From Chiloscyllium plagiosum (lineage: Eukaryota): a DNA stretch of 64,000 nt. The position numbers and the translations under genes were made by a program. Location: assembly GCF_004010195.1 (NCBI RefSeq), contig NC_057718.1, positions 87,540,606 to 87,604,605 of the forward strand. The letters run 5' to 3'. The notes below the pieces were generated by a model. The model made no database searches, had not been told where the DNA came from, and was given only the letters and a program-made list of their open reading frames with translations. Positions 61,121-64,000 of this stretch are shown here, piece after piece (within the stretch, counting starts at the first letter, position 1; each line of letters starts with the position of its first letter).

Positions 61121-62776
61121 CTAAATCATTCTCCCAGAGTAAATCAACTCTGTCTACAGGTAATTTCTTATCTGCTCTGACCACCACTGGTCCAGACGAC
61201 AGATCACATTTCAGTTGGTGCAATGGAACCAGGATATAGTCTTCACCTATCTTATTTACTTTGGCTTTCATTGAACTCTCTGGAAAGAAAATGGAATCCT
61301 CCTCCAGCAAGAAACTTTGAGTAGTGTTTGTGTTCCCTACTATAATTATGGACTTTGTTATGTCCTTTGAAAAAAGCAGAGTTTTCTTTCCTTTAGGCAA
61401 AAAAAACCTTCATGTCTCTCATCTAGCTTACATACTTTTGCACTCACAACATTGTTTACATCTGCTCTTAGTTGAACTTGAAGCTACAATCTGATCCATG
61501 GCCTTTTCCTTTTCAGTTTCCTATTTGAAATCATTCTTACAAGCTCCAACAAGTATCATAGGTTTCCCTCATAATTTTTAGCATTCTAAATGAACATATC
61601 CCATCTTGTTGCAGTGTAAAAACCATAGCTTTCAAGTTTCACATTTCCACCCTTGGAGCTTTCCCTTCTGATCTGAGGCGGCGGCTTAGGGGCATTCCCG
61701 CTTTCCACTCTTTACTCTGGCTACTCGTCTTTCCTCCACACTCCAATTTTCCATCCCTTTCAAATCTATGAGGCGAATGAAAAAAATATTTTGTTTTATG
61801 TATTAGCTCATAATCAGCAGCCATTATTGCAGCTTGTCTAGCTATTGCAATTTTTGGTCTTCAGCATAGCTTCTTATTACAGAAGATATTCTTCAAAGAA
61901 AATAATCTTTCAGAAAGCTTCATACTTCTACTGCTCATATCCACTTGTAAGAATTACTTGGCTTAACCCTATGAAATTCAGGATAGATTTGCTCTGATTT
62001 ATTTACTTAAATTTGGGAACTTGTACCTGTATGCCTCAGGCACTAACTCAAATGTACCCAACCTTTTTTGTAACATAATCCCAAAAGATCACCTGTGACA
62101 GTGAAGTATAAATTTCCTGTGCTTTACCTATCAACTTGCTGCACTTAAGCAATGTCCAATGTTCTTTTGCCCAATTCACTTTTCTCAATATTTTCTCAAT
62201 ATTTTCTCAAATGACATGAAGAATAACTCCAGAGTCTTTTCCTCAAATTTTGGTAAGGCTTGTGCAAACTTAAACATTTGCATACTGGACTTCAAATTGC
62301 AACTCAGATTCTCCCAATCAAGGCCTAAAATATCTCCTGTATTACCCACTTAATTTTAAACTTATGTTCATGTTCTGTTGCTTTCTCTTTTTTGTAATAT
62401 TAATTTGAGTTTTTTCTTTTATATTTTGACTTTTCATTTCCATTTCTTATGTTCTTAATTCCATTTCCTTTTCCTTTTTTTATATCTGCCATTTCTCGTT
62501 CCTTCTTTTTCTTCTCACGTTCAAGCTGCTTTAACTATCATTGAATATCTACTGATTCTAATGTTTCACAACCCGAATATCTGGTCTCTCTTGAACTTCC
62601 TTTAAACCCAAGTTCCGGGCTAGTACCTCAATTATCTCTGCCTTCATAATTCTGTCAGGCAATGCTACCTCCAGTTTACCCGACAGGTCAATCAACTTGG
62701 TCTTTGAACATTCATTTAAGACTTGTCAAGGACAGCTTTGACACCTACAGGAAATGATTTGCATTTCCAGTGCCAT
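61110..62776 (-). mobile_element. Gypsy (Gmr1-like) gag + protease remnant
   Basis: MALE...KTKLIDLSGKL...KAEIIEVLARNLGL; charged coiled-coil; FAQALPKFEEK; FELVPEAYRYKF; AADYELIHK; knuckle HCNKMGYVHLEC; protease NTNTTQSFLLE...VPLH...SGPVVV...LPVDRVDLLWENDLAG. Confidence 0.85.
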
Positions 62777-62867
62777 GTCTTAAATGTAATACAAAACCCT
62801 TTTTTCCTTCACCCAGGCCATTTACTAATACCACACACAAATCCTCATTGGCTATGTTACAAAATCA

Positions 62868-62885
62868 ACCTTAGAAGAGCCCCCA
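62868..62885 (-). promoter_or_regulatory. Degenerate tRNA-Pro primer-binding site; probable 5' LTR extends from about 62890 toward the window end
   Basis: Minus strand ...GCAACCA-AGTT-TGGGGGCTCTTCTAAGGT versus the canonical tRNA-Pro PBS TGGGGGCTCGTCCGGGAT, about 100 bp upstream of the gag ATG. Confidence 0.6.
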
Positions 62886-63456
62886 AACTTGGTTGCACCT
62901 CACTGGGGTAGGATGCTGGATATCAAATCCCATTTTTCAGAGAATTGTCATAAAAATTAAAAATATTATAAAAACATGCAAGAATTCTCCAATTTATCTG
63001 TCTTTTATGCCCATGTTGACTGGAAGCATCAAAATAGATTCTAGGTACAGATAAACACTTGTGAACCATCATCATACAACTCTACTAGTTAAGACTTGAA
63101 CTCCCTTAACAGCTTCCCCTACGTGCACATACAATTATGGGTGGAGGGTAAGACTGGGAAAGCAATTCAATGATTCCTGCCCACAGGGCTCACTGAGATG
63201 ATCCTTTTGACTTGTCAGGACCTCCTGTTCCTTGATTCTCCTTCTCTAGATCTTTTTCCTTGTTTGTGGAAAGTATAGGGTGGCTGGTTCACACTTGTAA
63301 AGACTTTGGCTTGCAGTCTAAGAGCCAGCAACTGCTGAGAGAAAAAATGAACTGACTTTCTCTAGGCTTAGTGTGTTTTTTTTACTGCAGAGAAAAGAGA
63401 CAGATCCTGCTCTTGCAGAGATCTAATGGCTTCTAAGCAAACATTCACACCCATGT

Positions 63457-63785
63457 GAGCAGCATGATGGCTCACTGGTTGCCACTGCTAGCTCACATCA
63501 ATCCCAGCCTTGAGTGACTGTTTGGAGTTTACACTTTCTCCCTGTATCTTCATGGATTTTTGCCTGGTGCTTTGGTTTCTTTATACAGTCCAGAAATGTG
63601 CAGGTTAGGGAGGATTAGCCATGCTAAATTGCCTCATAGTGTCCAGGTATCTACAAGTTAGGTGGGCTAGCCATGATAATTACGAGGATAGGGTAGGGGG
63701 TTGAATGTGGGTGGGATGCTCTCCAAAGCATTTGTGCGGACTTAACAGGCCAAATGGCCTCTTTCTGCAGGTATTCTGTGATTCT
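63457..63785 (+). mobile_element. Older HE1-like V-SINE
   Basis: Diverged head, V-domain and tail. Confidence 0.75.
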
Positions 63786-64000
63786 ACATGCTGTTAAGTT
63801 TCTGGGAACCAATCACATAGGTGTTGACCAGTAGAAGTCCTTTATCATTTACAGCCGGTCACCACTTCAGAGACCAATCAGCTTCTTGTTGCTAGCTGAA
63901 CCTCTATTCGTACACAGACCTGTTAGCTCCAGCTTGGCTATAAATTAGACAGTTCACTCAACCTCAACCAGCCCCACTGGCTGAACAAAGCAGTCTAAAC

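Overview
Vertebrate genomic DNA, almost certainly from a cartilaginous fish (shark): it carries HE1/V-type SINEs, many CR1 LINEs and Penelope-derived hairpin elements, plus one 425-nt N gap (12618-13042). There is one clear host gene segment: a SAMD5-like first coding exon (16392-16853, +), downstream of a G-rich degenerate tandem repeat, a CpG-rich patch and a CTCF-like site. I could not identify its second exon, so the rest of the window (>47 kb) is probably intron. That interval is a stack of nested insertions: (1) CR1 LINEs, with near-full-length copies both upstream (8560-13800) and inside (41574-44945); (2) two decayed Gmr1-type Gypsy elements, one showing integrase upstream of RT and one split in gag by a CR1; (3) a decayed R2-clade retrotransposon with no flanking 28S rDNA; (4) Penelope-like elements carrying about a dozen minimal hammerhead-ribozyme motifs, some as back-to-back palindromes; (5) a Harbinger Myb/SANT relic; (6) a fragmented ~35-bp satellite. 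A Tigger-like MITE lies upstream of the gene. All family assignments come from my recognition of motifs in manual translation, not from database searches. Most element boundaries are approximate.
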